Positions 24,481-37,653 of a DNA stretch of 64,000 nt are shown in pieces. Under the pieces are notes generated by a model. That model made no database searches, was not told where the DNA came from, and was given only the letters and a program-made list of their open reading frames with translations. Positions within the stretch are counted from its first letter, which is position 1; every line of letters begins with the position of its first letter. The position numbers were made by a program, and so were the translations under genes. The stretch is from Azolla caroliniana. Its lineage: Eukaryota; Plantae; Polypodiophyta. The stretch covers positions 19,592,001-19,656,000 of the forward strand of contig JBHGNT010000009.1 in NCBI GenBank assembly GCA_043228905.1, written 5' to 3'.

Positions 24481-27400
24481 TGTAAAGAATCGATGGTGAT
24501 TCTTGTGCAACGGAATAGATATGTGTGTTATGTGTATGTGTGAGAGGAATTAGAGGAGAGATGAGAGAACACAAGATAGATAGAAAAAGGAATACTCAAG
24601 AAGAAGGTGTATATTCACAAGTAGAATGGAGATACAAAAATGTAGCATTACAAGGAGTCACAACCGACTTAGTATGAAGTATGAGGAGGGTGTTTTATAT
24701 AGAGTCACCCTCTCTCTTCATTAACTTACAACAACCACTCTCTCTCTTGGGGAATGTGAAGATTCATAGTCATGGGGAATAAGTAACTCATTAGTTATGT
24801 GTCATAGAATATGATTCTATGACACATAGTTAATGTGTAGAGAGTAGTGGTGTGACTCTTGACCTTTGAGTAATCATGGATTCTCAAAAGGTGTGTTCAC
24901 ACGTTGCATTATGTTGAGCTTGATTCTCAACACGCCCCCTCAAGCTCAACTTAGGTCGGTTCCTTTTGATTGATGTCTGCTTCGGCTGGTATCCGGTTCG
25001 AACAATCTCCGGTGTCCGCTTCGGCTCGTACCCGGTTCGAACGGTATCTGATTCTCGCTTGTACTCCCCCTGAAGCTTTGCAAATCAAGGATCGTCAATC
25101 CTAGGTCTGACATGAACTGCCGAAGCTTTTTGGCTCCTAGGGCCTTGGTGAAGATGTCGGTTGTCCGAAGATTCGTGTTGATGTGTAGAAGATCGACATC
25201 TCCGGCTTGTCCACCTCTCGAATGAAGTGATAGTGTACTTCGATGTGCTTTGTGCGTGTGTGGAACACCGGGTTCCGAGCCAGATATATACTGCTCATGT
25301 TGTCGTAGTAAATGGGAGTCAGATCCTTGATGGGGATGCCCAGATCCTTCAAAATCCTCTTGAGCCATACGACTTCACATGCAGCTACGGTTGCACCCCT
25401 ATATTCGGCCTCCGTACTCGAAAGTGCGATAGTAGGTTTCTTCTTAATACTCCAAGATATTGCTCTGCTACCGAGTGAGAAGAAAAATACGAAGGTCGAT
25501 CGTCGATCAGCTTTGTAGCTTGCCCACTCCGCGTATGTGTACCCTTCGAGTAGTATTGGTGTGGCCGATGCGTATAGAACGCCGTAATCCATTGTGCCGC
25601 TCACGTATCGTAATACTCGCTTAGCGCAATCGAAATGGATATCTCGCGGAGTTTGCATGAATTGGCTAAGGAGTCCGACTGGATAGCTAAGGTCGGGTCG
25701 AGTGATCGTGAGATAGATTAGGCTCCCGATCAGTTGACGATATTGGGTCGGCTCGCTCTCGTCTGTGCCGGAGTCAACATCTAGTTTGAGGTTTCGATCA
25801 AGAGGCGTAGCGACCGATTTGCACTCAGTCATCCCGAACTTGTATAACAAGTTGAGGATGTAGTGTTGTTGAGAGATCATAATGCCGGTCGGAATCCGAA
25901 TTACTTCGATGCCAAGGAAGTAATGGAGCTCCTTCATGTCCATCATCTCGAATTTTCCGGAGAAGAGGGACTTGACCTTGTAGATGTCGACTAGACTTTC
26001 TCCAATGACCAGATCATCCACGTATAGGATGATGACAATTAGGCTTCTAGAGTTGTGTCGTACGTAGAGAGAGTTGTCGGATTTTGACATTTGAAAGCCG
26101 ATTTGATGAAGATATTGTGTAATCTTCGAATGCCAAGCACACAGTGCTTGCTTGAGGCCGTAGAGTGGCTTCTTGAGTCGGCACAAGACTTTCGGATGAG
26201 TACGCAATTCAAAGCCGGGTGGTTGTACCATGTACACCTCCTCTTCTAATTTGCCTTGAAGAAAGGCGTTCTTGATGTCCATCTGGTGGAGGTGCCAGCC
26301 TTTTGCCGCTGCAAGTGCGATCACGGTCGGCACCGTTGTCATCTTTGCCACTGGGGCAAAGGTCTCTTCATAGTCGACTCCATGTGTTTGTGTGTATCCT
26401 TTCGCTACGAGTCGATCTTTGTAGCGGTTGACGGAGCCGTCGGCATTATACTTCACCTTGTAGATCCATATGTAGCCAATTTCCTTCTTGTGCGGTGAGT
26501 GGGGAACGAGATTCCATCTCTCGTTCTTGCGCAGTGCACGCATCTCCTCGTTCATTGCTTCGATCCATCACGGGTCCTTTGTGGCTTCGGAAAAGGTTTC
26601 CGGCTCTCGTACTGTTGCCACCATCATAAATGTGTAATGGTACGCCATGTACTCATCGTAGCCGAATAAGCTTATGAGATTCTTTTCACGGGTGGATCAA
26701 CGAAGCTTCTCGTTTGTGGATTCTAAGGCTTTCTTCACTCCATTTGTCCGGATGTCAAGGCCTTCGAACTCACTATCAAGGGAGTGAGTCGATTCGATGG
26801 CGTCAAAATGATCATCTTCATACTCCGGCATTTTGGCTTTCCCTTTGTCTAGCTTTGGACTCGGTCGAGATGTGCTTTGATCGCTCAAAGGCTCTTGTGG
26901 TCCACTCAGTCGGGTCGTGATTGGACTTTCTTCGAACATGTGCGTAAGGTGATCTTCATCTTGTATCTCTTGTTCGGCGGATTCCGAGTCGAGCGGAGTC
27001 GAAGTTGTCTCTAGTGCGTACAAGGATGCAGACTCGTCAAACACAACGTCTTGACCTACTCGAACTTTCCGAATCAAGGGGTTATAGCACTTGTACCCCT
27101 TTTGCTCCAGTGAGTATCCTATGAGGATACATTTCTCTGACTCTAGGTCGAGCTTTTGTCACTTTTCGTCGAGGATGTGCACGTACGCAATGGAGCCGAT
27201 TATCCGAACATGCGATAGGTCTTGCTTCTTTCCAAAAAACTTCTCGTATAGAGTAAGTTCGTGCACACTTGATGTCGTACACCGATTCATGAGGTATATG
27301 ACCGTGTTAGCCGCTTCTGCCCAGTACGACTTCGGCACGTGCTTTTCGTTCATCATGGCCCGTGCTACTTCGAGGATGTGCTGATTCTTTCGTTTCGCCA

Positions 27401-28186
27401 CTCCGTTTTGTTGTGGCATATGTTGACACGAAAACTCTTGCCGAATTCCTTCTTTTCGTAGATATGCCGTAAACTCATCCGAGAAATATTCCTTGCCTCC
27501 ATCCAATCGAAGGCACCGTACGTGTCGACTTTTAGCTTTTTCGACTCCACTCTTGAATTTTTGGAAGTGTTTGAACACTTCGCTCTTTTGCTGCATCAGG
27601 TAGATCCAAGTGTGCCTAAAGAAGTCGTCAATAAAGGTCACGTAGTATCGGCATTCGCCGAATGTCGCCGTTTGAGCCGGTCCCCACACATCGGAATGAA
27701 TTACGTCGAGTACGCCTTTGCTTACATTCCTCTCATTCGGAAATGGATGTCGATGTTGCTTGCCGAATTGGCAAGCTGCACATACGCCTTCAATCTCTCT
27801 CTCTCTTTGAAGGTCGGGAATCCGATGACGACTCCTTTCGATTGCATCGCCTTGAGCTTTTGAAGGTTGATATGGCCAATCCGCTTGTGCCATAACTCTA
27901 TGTCGGACTCGACTTTCGTGCATTTTGCGAACATGGCCGATTTCATCTCGTGTGAGTCGAGAATGAACATTCAACCCTCTCTCCGTCCGCGCCCGATGAG
28001 TGGGCCCTCTTTTTCGATGAAGCAACCGCCTTGATTAAATCGAACTTGCATTCCTTGCTCTACAATTTGGCCAATGGAGACCAAATTCTTCGTGATAATT
28101 GGTACATGCAAGACATTTTTAATGTAAGTTTGGTTACCTTCTTTTCCGATCGGAACATTGCCGATGTGCTAAATCGGGTGTGTAGT
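24481..28186 (-). mobile_element. Ty1/copia element A: 3' half (partial PR, IN, RT, RH) with 3' LTR 24481-24932
   Basis: RT-RH ORF 25137-26555 (LYVDDL, SWSIKKKPTIALSSTEAEY) and integrase 27159-28025 (HSDVWGPA). PPT at 24933-24943. 5' end fused to element B at ~28186. Confidence 0.88.
25137..26555 (-). pseudogene. pol: copia RT-RNase H
   Basis: 472-aa ORF with canonical copia RT and RH motifs, frameshifted at the C-terminus. Confidence 0.9.
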
Positions 28187-28764
28187 GCTCTTGTTCAGCC
28201 GCTCCCTTCATCGCGAAGGCATAGTGATGGGCCATATACTTGTTGTAGCTGAGCCGAGTGACAGGGTTCTTAGCTCTAGATGAGCGTCAAAGTTTTTCAC
28301 TCACCGATGTGAGCAGCTTCTTTGCTCCGAGTGTCCGCATGATGGGACACCGAACTCACTGTCTAGTGAGGGATCCGAACCATCCGAATCATTGTCATCG
28401 GGGTGGTCGACTTCGTATCGGGCATCTTACCTTTGCCTTTGTTCAAGTTCGTACTTGGCCACGACGTGCTTGGGTCGCGTGGGGGCTCTTGTGGCCCACT
28501 AGCCCTTGCCGTAATTGGACTTTCTTCGAACATGTGCTCGAAGCGATCTCCATCTTCTACCTCTTGTTCAGCGGAGTCCAGGTCGAGTGGAGTCGGAGTC
28601 GAAGTTGTCTCTAGTGTGTACCAGGATGCGGACTCGTCGAAGATTACGTCTCGACTTACCCGAACCACTTGGGTAGAAGGGTTGTAGCACTTGTATGCCT
28701 TCTTCTCGGACGAGTATCCTATGAGGATACATTCCTCTGACTTCGCATCGGGCTTCTGTAAGCT

Positions 28765-29570
28765 TTTGTTTACCCCTAACTGGTGGAGATATTTCTATGA
28801 TCTGATTGGAGAAACATATCCAGAAGTAGTACATAAAATAAGTGATGACCCGAATTACCCTTTACCTAGAATTTCTAAAAGTATTTATGAGGGTGTATAT
28901 AGAGCCAAAACTTATTCATCACATAGACTAAGATTGAGATTCAAGAATGATTCTACCAATAAAAGGGGTTTTTCATGGGTTTGCCTTGGTATCGCGTTCA
29001 TACTGTCGTACTAAACGATCCTGGTTGTCTTATTTCCGTACATCTGATGCATACTGCTTTGGTTTCTGGCTGGGCGGGTTCAATGGCTCTTTACGAATTA
29101 GCAGTTTTCGATCCATCCGACCCTGTTCTTGATCCTATGTGGAGGCATGGTATGTTTGTTATTCCGTTCATGACTCGTATTGGAATAACAAAATCGTGGG
29201 GACGTTGGAGCATTACCGGAGATACTGTAAGTGAGCAGGTATCTGGAGCTACAAAGGTGTAGCCGTAGCCCACATTGTATTATCTGGTTTACTGTTTTTA
29301 GCTGCTATCTGGAACTGGGTCTACTGGGATTTGGATCTGTTTCGCGATGATCGCACAAGAAAACCATCCTTGGATTTACCTAAAATATTTGGGATTCACC
29401 TATTCCTTTCAGGAGTACTTTGTTTTGCTTTTGGAGCATTCCACGTAACCGGTTTATTTGGTCCCGGTATTTGGGTATCAGATCCCTATGGACTAATAGG
29501 AAAGGTGGAACCCGTAGATCCGACTGAAAAAAATGAATCGGAAAAAGATCTACAACCTTCTTCTGTTTTA
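28765..29570 (+). other. Nuclear insertion of plastid DNA (NUPT): psbB 5' region plus short filler
   Basis: Foreign AT-richer block interrupting the copia integrase C-terminus (…IANV | …KSEECILIG), containing a psbB fragment and an SD-like AAAGGGG before its ATG. Confidence 0.85.
28975..29525 (+). pseudogene. psbB: psbB (photosystem II CP47) N-terminal ~184 codons, frameshifted
   Basis: [56 protein letters not shown]...[42 protein letters not shown]. Frameshift near 29235. Confidence 0.97.
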
Positions 29571-30974
29571 CATTCGCAATGCTTCTGAACACCTTGAGGT
29601 GCGACAAGATTGGCTTCCTTCCGACAAGGAGCTCGTAGGGAGTTAGCTCATGGAATCCATTAGTGGTGCACCGGTTCATGAGATAGACGACTGTGGATGC
29701 CACTCTAGCCTGATAGAAATTCGGCATGTACTTCTCATGCATCATGGCACGTGCTACCTCAAGTATTTGCCGATTCTTCCTTTCGGCGACTCCATTTTGT
29801 TGGGGTGTGTGTCGGCATGACAATTCTCTACGAATGCCTTCACTTTGGAGGTAGGAGGTGAATTCGTCAGAGAAGTACTCCTTGCCTCCATCCGATCATA
29901 GGCATTGAATGTGCCGACTGGTTTCTTTCTCGACTTGGCCCTTCAGCTTTTGGAAGTGGTAGAGCACTTCGCTTTTCTTCTTCATCGGGTAGATCCACGC
30001 GTAGCGCGAGTAGTCATCGATGAAGGTTACAAAGTATCGGCATCCGCCGATTGTCAGCGTTTGAGTCGGTCCCCATACATCCGAGTGTATGACGTCGAGG
30101 AGGCCTTTGCTTGCAGAGCTCTCCTTCGGGAATGGTGTAGAAAAACGTATGTGCGGAAGCGTAAGACAACAGCTTGGCTGCGTAGCAGCAGAGAGAGAGA
30201 GAGAGAATAGTACATAGAATACAGAGAGTACTCAGGAGAGACAGAGAGAGCAGAACAAGAATCTATTACAAAACAATAATAGTTTTCTCTGTACATGAAA
30301 CGTTGTCGCGTTGTTACGCGCGTACGTGTAGAAAGGGGCGGGACCACGGGGGTCTTGGACCGAGGAGAGAGAGAGAGAGATTCACCGACACGTAGAAGCG
30401 AGCAAGGGAGATATAGAACGTAACACTTAATTATAATGACAAGAGATTACAAACTCCGACAGTTACAACTGACAAAGCGGCGACGGACCCGACACGGGGA
30501 CCCTACTCACGCACACCGACGACAGTCCCACGATTCAAAGAAACAAAAGGGGAAAGGGAGCGACTCTACTGGAAGCACACGGGCTGTCCACGAAGCAGAG
30601 GCCGCGACCTCCCGACACCCGCAGAGAGCGACGATTCGCATCCAAGAGAGAGAGCTCCCTCCTTTTGTTCTGCAGCAACCCCTTTTTCCTTCCCAACGCG
30701 CGATCCTTCGTTTTCTCTTCCCCTCTTCCCTTTATTCCCTGTCCCCCTCTGGGATACGCACTATCCCCCTCTAATAAATGTGTGTGGCTTAGTAGTCACA
30801 TCCACCGGTTCGTGTACAAAGTATCCAGTCACGCGTCCATCCGTGTAGGGGCCGGTTTACGCGCTTTCTCTCCAATTCCGCCTATGGCCGGTTTTCTTCA
30901 CGACATCCACCCCCACCAAACTGCGCATCCACCGGTATGCGCCAGAGACGGGTAGATATCGGAGAAATCCAGCC

Positions 30975-33900
30975 TTACTCGTTGCTCTCGGATTCTCCGC
31001 CGGACCCGAACTGATCGTCGTTGTCGCTCCCACTCGCAGGCTCCGGCTCGTCTTCGAACCGCTTTTTGAAAGCTTTGATCCACTTTCCGGCCACCGGAAC
31101 CGCTAACCGTGTCCCATTGAGCTCCGCGAGGTGGTACGTGTCGTTGCTGTTCGCGCTCGTCACCATGTAGGGCCCGAACCATCTCCTAGCAAACTTTCGC
31201 ACCGCCTTGTGCTGATTGTCGAGGCTGTTGTCGTATACCAAGACCCAATCGCCTTCCTCGATTTTCTTTGGTCGCAACCGGTGCGTCCGGTTGAACCGGG
31301 TCTTGTTCCGCTCCCTCGCCGCTCGCAGCTTTTCCTTCGCCTGTATCACGTCCTCCGGCCTCCGCTCGAGTTGCCGAATCCGCGCCGCTAGCAACTCCTC
31401 CCAGCTCATTTCGTCCTTCCAATCTACCGCCGCCCACGAAGAAACCGTCCGTTCCACAGGCATGATCGGCTTTTGTCCGTACATTAGCTCCGCCGGCATA
31501 AACCCTGTCACCGAACTGTGCGTAGTCCGGTCCGCCCATAGCGCGTAAGGAAGGAGTCGCGGCCAATTCCCGACCTGCCCATCGCATGCACTCACCAACG
31601 CCTTTACAATCGGTCCGTGCCCACGTTCCACCTTTCCGTTCGCCTCCAGATTGTACGCCGTGGTGAGGGAGAGTTTGACGCCTAGCCGGTCGAACAACTC
31701 CTCGGCCTCCCGCGCATCCAACTCTCCCTGGTCAGCCACGATCCTCCCGACGCACCCGTATCGACACACTACTTCTTCGATCAGGAACCGGCATACCGTC
31801 GCGGTTGTCTTGCTTTGCAGTGCACGACCTTCCACCTGGTTCGTTAAGTCTTCCCGTGCAAGCACCAGGTATCGCATCTGTCCTACCCCCATCGGCATCG
31901 TCACCAAGTCCACCATCCACTTGAAATGGACCGTAGGCGGGTAGGTCGAGTGTAGCTCGTCCCGGTGTCGGACTACGGAGTGCACCTGACAACTTTCGCA
32001 AGTCGTTACGGACCGATGCACGTCCTGGTATAACCCCGGCCACCAGTACTTCTCCTTCAGCTTCTCGAACGTGGCCCACGTTCCGCAGTGTCCGGCCCAT
32101 GGGCTCTCGTGGAATGCCGCCAGTAGTTTCCCCTACTCTTCTTTCTTTGTCACCACTCGGAGTGGGATGCCGCTTCTCTTCTTTGGGTGTTTCCATATGC
32201 ACCCGTCCCGCAGGAAGAATCGGTACGCCTTCCTCCGTATCCGGCTCGCCTCCTCTCTCGCCCATGCTGCGTCCGGTGTCATCATCCGTAGGAACCTCCC
32301 GATTTGGAGCCACTCCACATCGTACCTGCTTTCGTCAAATTCGTTAAGCGTTGGAGTGTTCCCTTTCCTTCTTGTCATTACGTTAGCCGACCCGAAGAAG
32401 TCCTTGCCGACTTCTTCGTCTTCCGAAACCATGCCGTCTTCGTCGTTGAACCTTGCCCTCGAAAGCATGTCGGCCATGGCGTTGTCCTTTCCGCAGATGT
32501 GCCGTATCTCCGGGTTCAGGGACTTAATGTACGCTATCCACCGGAGCATTGCTAGGTCCGGCGTTGCGCATCCGGAAACCATGTTGAGTATCGGCAGGCA
32601 GTTCGTCTCGATAATCACCTCCGTCCCGATCAGATAATCCTTGTCGGCCTTGACGGCCGAAACGACACCCCAAAGTTCGCGCTTAACTTGGGCGTACCCT
32701 CGCTGCCGCTCGCTCAATACCTTCGCCCCGAACCGGATCGGGAATCGTACACCGCCCTTGTCCTCCTAACTGATTACCCACCCGATCCCGGTCGGGCTGG
32801 TGTCCACCGTTACGCAGATGGGAACATCCTTGCCGTAAACCGCTTTACGGAGAGCCGGTGCTGCCGTAAGCGCCTCCTTTAGTCTCCGAACCGACTCCAT
32901 GTGCTCCGTCCTCCACTCAGAGCTACGCCCCTTTTTCAATAGTCCGTAGAGGGGTTCCGCGACATGTGTGTAATGCGGGATCCAAATGTGGTAGAACGCG
33001 CATGCCCCCAAGAATCTACGGACCTCCGTGACCGACCCGCAAACGTTCCTCATCGTGGAGATGGCCTCTACCTTTGCCGGAGACGGTTTTCTACCGTAAG
33101 GCCCGCACAAGTGTCCGACCACCAAGATCTCCGACTGTCCGAAGGCCGACTTTTCCCCGGAGAAGGTGAGCCTCACGCGCTCTAGTCTCTGCAGCACCTT
33201 CTCGCAGTCATCGATGTGGGACGCCACGAAATTCCGACATCCGTCCGGCCCGATTGCCTCGTCCCTTTTTTCCACCAGGCAACCCTTGATCGGGACGTCG
33301 TCTAAGAACGGCATGGTGATGTCCGGGATACAATCCCTGAGCACTTTGTTCATCGCGTTCACCATGTGAGCCATTGAGTTCGTCCCTCCTTGTGGCAGGG
33401 TACACATCCGCACTAGGCCGAGTGGAGTTTGCATCGTCGTAATGTCTCTGCTCTCCACGGCTAGTTGGAACTGATCGTACCCCGAGTATAGATCACCGAC
33501 AGAATAGATCGACCTTCCAGCGAAGGCCTCCGCGAATTCGTCTATGGTCGGTCCGATCCCTGCATTACGGATGGTCACCTTGTTGACCGGTTGTAGGTCC
33601 TGGATGAAGCGCAGCGTGCCGTTCTTCTTCGGCACCGTAAACCACCGATTTGAATACGGGGCACTCGACGGTTTGAGGATGCCCATCTCCACCTTCTGCT
33701 TTAAGAGCTCCATCAACTTCGGGATGTGAGCTCTTGGCACCGGAATCGGCTTGAGATTCCACGGTACATGCGGTACCGTGAAGATCACCATCGGTTCGAC
33801 AACTGTTGGGTCTACGCACCCGATCTCCTCTTGTGAGAATGCGAAAGCCTTCCCGTGCCTCCCGAGCATTCTCTGAAACTGGTCCTCCTGTGCCGACAGT

Positions 33901-34460
33901 AGGAAGCCGCCCCCACTGACCTTGAGCTCCTGTAGCGTTATGTCGGTGAACCGGTGCCCTATGCCAGCCGGATTTCGTAAACTTGGGTCCGACGCGACCC
34001 CTTTTATCCGCTCCTCGCTGCCCTCCGGCAAGGGTGCCGCGATTGGCCTCACCTTCCGGTCCACAGTCTTGTATCTCGTATCCACGCGGGCCGTCCGATC
34101 CGACCCAATGCTTTCCCCGAAGTCTGCGATGACTTCGTACATTCCCATCAACCCTACCGGAACGGTCCAGTCTTCCCTTAGGTCTTCACCGATCACCTTT
34201 CGTAGTTCGCCCAAGGTGTCGTCAAAAGAGACCGCCTCCACGGCGCCGCTGATGTCCTCGTCGGGGAAGAGGACTCCGCATCCCCTGAGCCGCTCCTCCA
34301 CTTGCTTCCTCTCCCTGCTGCTGATGCTGGTGATAGTACAACCTCTGTTGTCAGAGAACCAAAATTTCCTACCTATGGTACATGTCTTCTTCCGTACTAT
34401 ACATTTGTGGGGTTCTTCCCGGGTGTCCGGACTATCGCGGCCCCACGCCTTGACAACCCT
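30975..34460 (-). pseudogene. pol: Ty3 pol (RT-RH-IN) with a few stops and frameshifts
   Basis: ORFs 32766-34301 (LPQG, FLDDV), 32133-32717 (RH) and 30975-32021 (IN). Confidence 0.9.
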
Positions 34461-34462
34461 CT

Positions 34463-36571
34463 CTAAAACTCCCCTTGGGTTTCGCTGCCGAGGGCCTCAC
34501 GGTTACGCTCGTGGTTTGGTCGCACCGTTAGGAATTGGACCGAGTGACGCCCATCCTGGCTCTTGACTCTTGCATAGGCTGAACCGTTGTCCAACACCTT
34601 GGTCTCCATCCGTGTCGCCGTGATATATGGCTCTCCTAGTATAACCGGATGCGAGGGAGGACGTCTCCTGCACGAAGAAGTGCTGGTCGATCTCGACATC
34701 GCCGATTTTCACCTGTACGTTCGGACAGGCCCCATGTAGTTCTTCCGTGGCGCGCGTCGCTGCCCGTATCTTCCAGCCATGCTTGGTGTTGATCGGCCAT
34801 TTACCCTTCTTGTAGAAATCCATGGACATCAGGTTGATTTCGGATCCATGGTCTACCAACGCCACCACCGGTTCCAGAACGTTGCCGATCCGTACAAGGG
34901 TTTCCGTAGTCGCCCTGGCCCAATGCGGCTTCGTGTAGTGGCTTCCCGCCAGCTCGTCTTCCAGGGCTTCGTCTTCCAGGTGCGTGGTCCGTACCTCCAC
35001 CGACTTCTTCGGTTCTGGCTCCGTCGAGAGCCTCTTACGCTTCACCAAGTCTACAATAAAGTCGTGGAACTCCCTCTTGGCGATTCCCAGCACCTCCCGC
35101 AATGACAATTCCACTTTGTTGTCGAGGATACGTTCCTCCAGGACCTTTTGCAGGTCTGTGGTCCTTTCGATCTCGGTGCTCAACCGAAACCCCGCCTGCG
35201 TCTTTCCGTCCGGTGCGCCTGTGCCGGCACCAGTCGGTTTCGGTCTGAACCGGGTCTCATACCTCGGGGGGCCGACCCCTCCGGCCTTTCCTGCCCGTTT
35301 GTCCTCCACCAGAACCTCGTAGTTCTGGCAAGTGGCTTCTACGAAGCCCGTTTTCTCTTCCACCGGATCGTCCCAACCGGCGACCTCCTAGACCCGCTGT
35401 TCCACGCGGTCCGCCTCTTCCTTCCTCAGCCGAACCCTGGAGAGGCCTTCTAGCACTAGCGGCCAGAATCCGGAGTCCTTCGCCTTCCGGGTCTCATCAC
35501 CCCCGACCCGAATTCCCGCCGACATTGAGTAGTTAACGGCTTCGACGTGACGTGCCGCGGCCTCTTCCATCAACCTCTTCATTCCGCCGTGCCCCGTATT
35601 CAGTTCTAGTGCTCTCCGGGTCTCGCTCGCGTGCACCCGCCCGTTCCAGAGGTACACCACGTTGGTCCTGAGAGCGTCGGCGAAATCCACGCAATCCTTC
35701 TGAATGTGACCGACCGCGTCACACCACATGCACCGCTGCCCAGCTGGCGGCCTCCGGTCGCGAGGTTGTTCACCGTTGTCTCTCCGGGCCTGTGCGATCT
35801 GCAGGTCGCGCACCATCTGTGTTAGCTCTTCCAGAGCCGCTCCTCTGGATGGGCCTCTGACCACGTCGTTCGACGCCGACCCCGACTCCGACCAGATTCG
35901 GGTCTCTTCCTTCCTCCCATCCGGCACCGAAACCGGCTCCTCGAGCCTCCTCCTCGGGACCAGCCCCGACCCCGACGTGCTTCCGTCGCTCCAATCGCGC
36001 CGTTTGTCGAAACGGTTGCAGACCCATTTTACCACGGCCCAATCCGTCGTGAGCCCTTCGTGGGACTGTCGAGCGCATCCACTGACTTGACAAATAGCAG
36101 CACTAGACTTGTTTCGAGCACCGTCCAGTCTAGCGTCGACAGCCGTGCGAACCATTTTTCGAACTCCTGGAGGAGCACCGACGCGTTCCTCCCTTTTCAG
36201 GAGCTTTCCACCCACGCCATGAAGTCCCGCCTCGACAGCCGGAGCGAGTCGTCAAACCCGTACTTCTCGAGGAGCTGCAACTCGAACTCCTCCCAAGTCT
36301 GGCATTCGGCCAGCACCTTGAGCACCTCCGCATGGATGCTCGACGTCACCACATGAGGGAATCCGAACAGCCGCTTGTCCACCGGGATATCCCTCATGAT
36401 CATTTCGGCCAGGTAAGCCTCCGAATAACTTGTGGCATCTTTCCCTCTGAAATGGCCTATAGAGCCGACGATCGATTCAATGGCTCTGTCGAGGGTACCC
36501 GTTCCCTCACGAGCGCTCACCAGCTGGTCGACGGCCACTGCCATTGCCTCTGCTAGCTCCGATCCCCTCAT
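34463..36571 (-). pseudogene. gag: Ty3 gag-protease with frameshifts
   Basis: CCHC knuckle CMWCDAVGHIQKDC and protease-like ALVDHGSEINLM. Confidence 0.85.
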
Positions 36572-37653
36572 CTTTCAACTCCTTTGCCGCCCTTTCACGT
36601 CGGGCTCACCAAAGATGTCGCGTTGTTACGTGCGTACGTGTAGAAAGGGGCGGGACCACGAGGGTCTTGGACCGAGGAGCGAGAGAGAGAGAGACAGAGA
36701 GAGAGAGATTCACCGACACGTAGAAGCGAGCAAGGGAGATATAGAACGTAACACTTAATTATAATGACAAGAGATTACAAACTCTGACAGTTACAACCGA
36801 CAAAGCGGCAACGGACTCGACACGAGGACCCTACTCACGCACACCGACGACAGTCCCACGACTCAAAGAAACAAAAGGGGAAAGGGAGCGACTCTACTGG
36901 AAGCACACGGGCTGTCCACGAAGCAGAGGCCGCGACCTCCCGACACCCGCAGAGAGCGACGATTCGCGTCCAAGAGAGAGAGCTCCCTCCTTCCGTTCTG
37001 CAGCAACCCCCTTTTTCCTTCCCAACGCGCGATCCTTCGTTTTCTCTTCCCCTCTTCCCTTTATTCCCTGTCCCCCTCTGGGATACGCACTATCCCCCTC
37101 TAATAAATATGTGTGGCTTAGTAGTCACATCCACCGGTTCGTGTACAAAGTATCCAGTCACGCGTCCATCCGTGTAGGGGCCGATTTATGCGCTTTCTCT
37201 CCGATTCCGCCTATGGCCGGTTTTCTTCACGACAACGTGCTCAACAACACTATTTATACAAGTCCTGAGAGGACTGACAGAAGTACGACGTACTTCAATG
37301 CTCACTCGAGCGTCTGGCACTGACTACGAAACTATTAACTCCCTAGTAGTCTAGCCGCTACTAGGCTTCCGGTTACTGATGGATCCGGCTAACCGGCTCC
37401 CCAGCTCACCGACTCACTTGCTCACCGGGTCACCAATCCAGCTCATCCTTCTGGATGCCGATCCGGATCCGGTTGACCTTGCCGCTCAACACTCCCCCTC
37501 AAGCTCAACTTGAGGTTGTATCATAGTGTCAGTCTCCATGGTAGCCAGTCCTTCCACTTGGCTCCTTCTGGCGTCACTCCACCTCGCTCGCGCTACTTGT
37601 TCGGTCTGGTCCCGTTTGTTGCGACCTCGCTAGTTCTGCGCGCCTCGAGCTCC

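Larger units (their letters stand above)
30304..37234 (-). mobile_element. Non-chromoviral Ty3/gypsy element (GC-rich copy; tRNA-Trp PBS; 4-bp TSD)
   Basis: LTRs 30304-30905 and 36616-37234, TSD ACGT (30300-30303, 37235-37238), PBS TGGTGAGCCCGACGTGAA 36611-36594, PPT 30906-30917. gag-PR 36571-34463, RT-RH-IN ~34460-30975. Confidence 0.93.

Noticed and set aside
28975-29525. Functional psbB or plastid contig
   Set aside because: Truncated, frameshifted, carries substitutions at conserved residues and is embedded in a nuclear retroelement.
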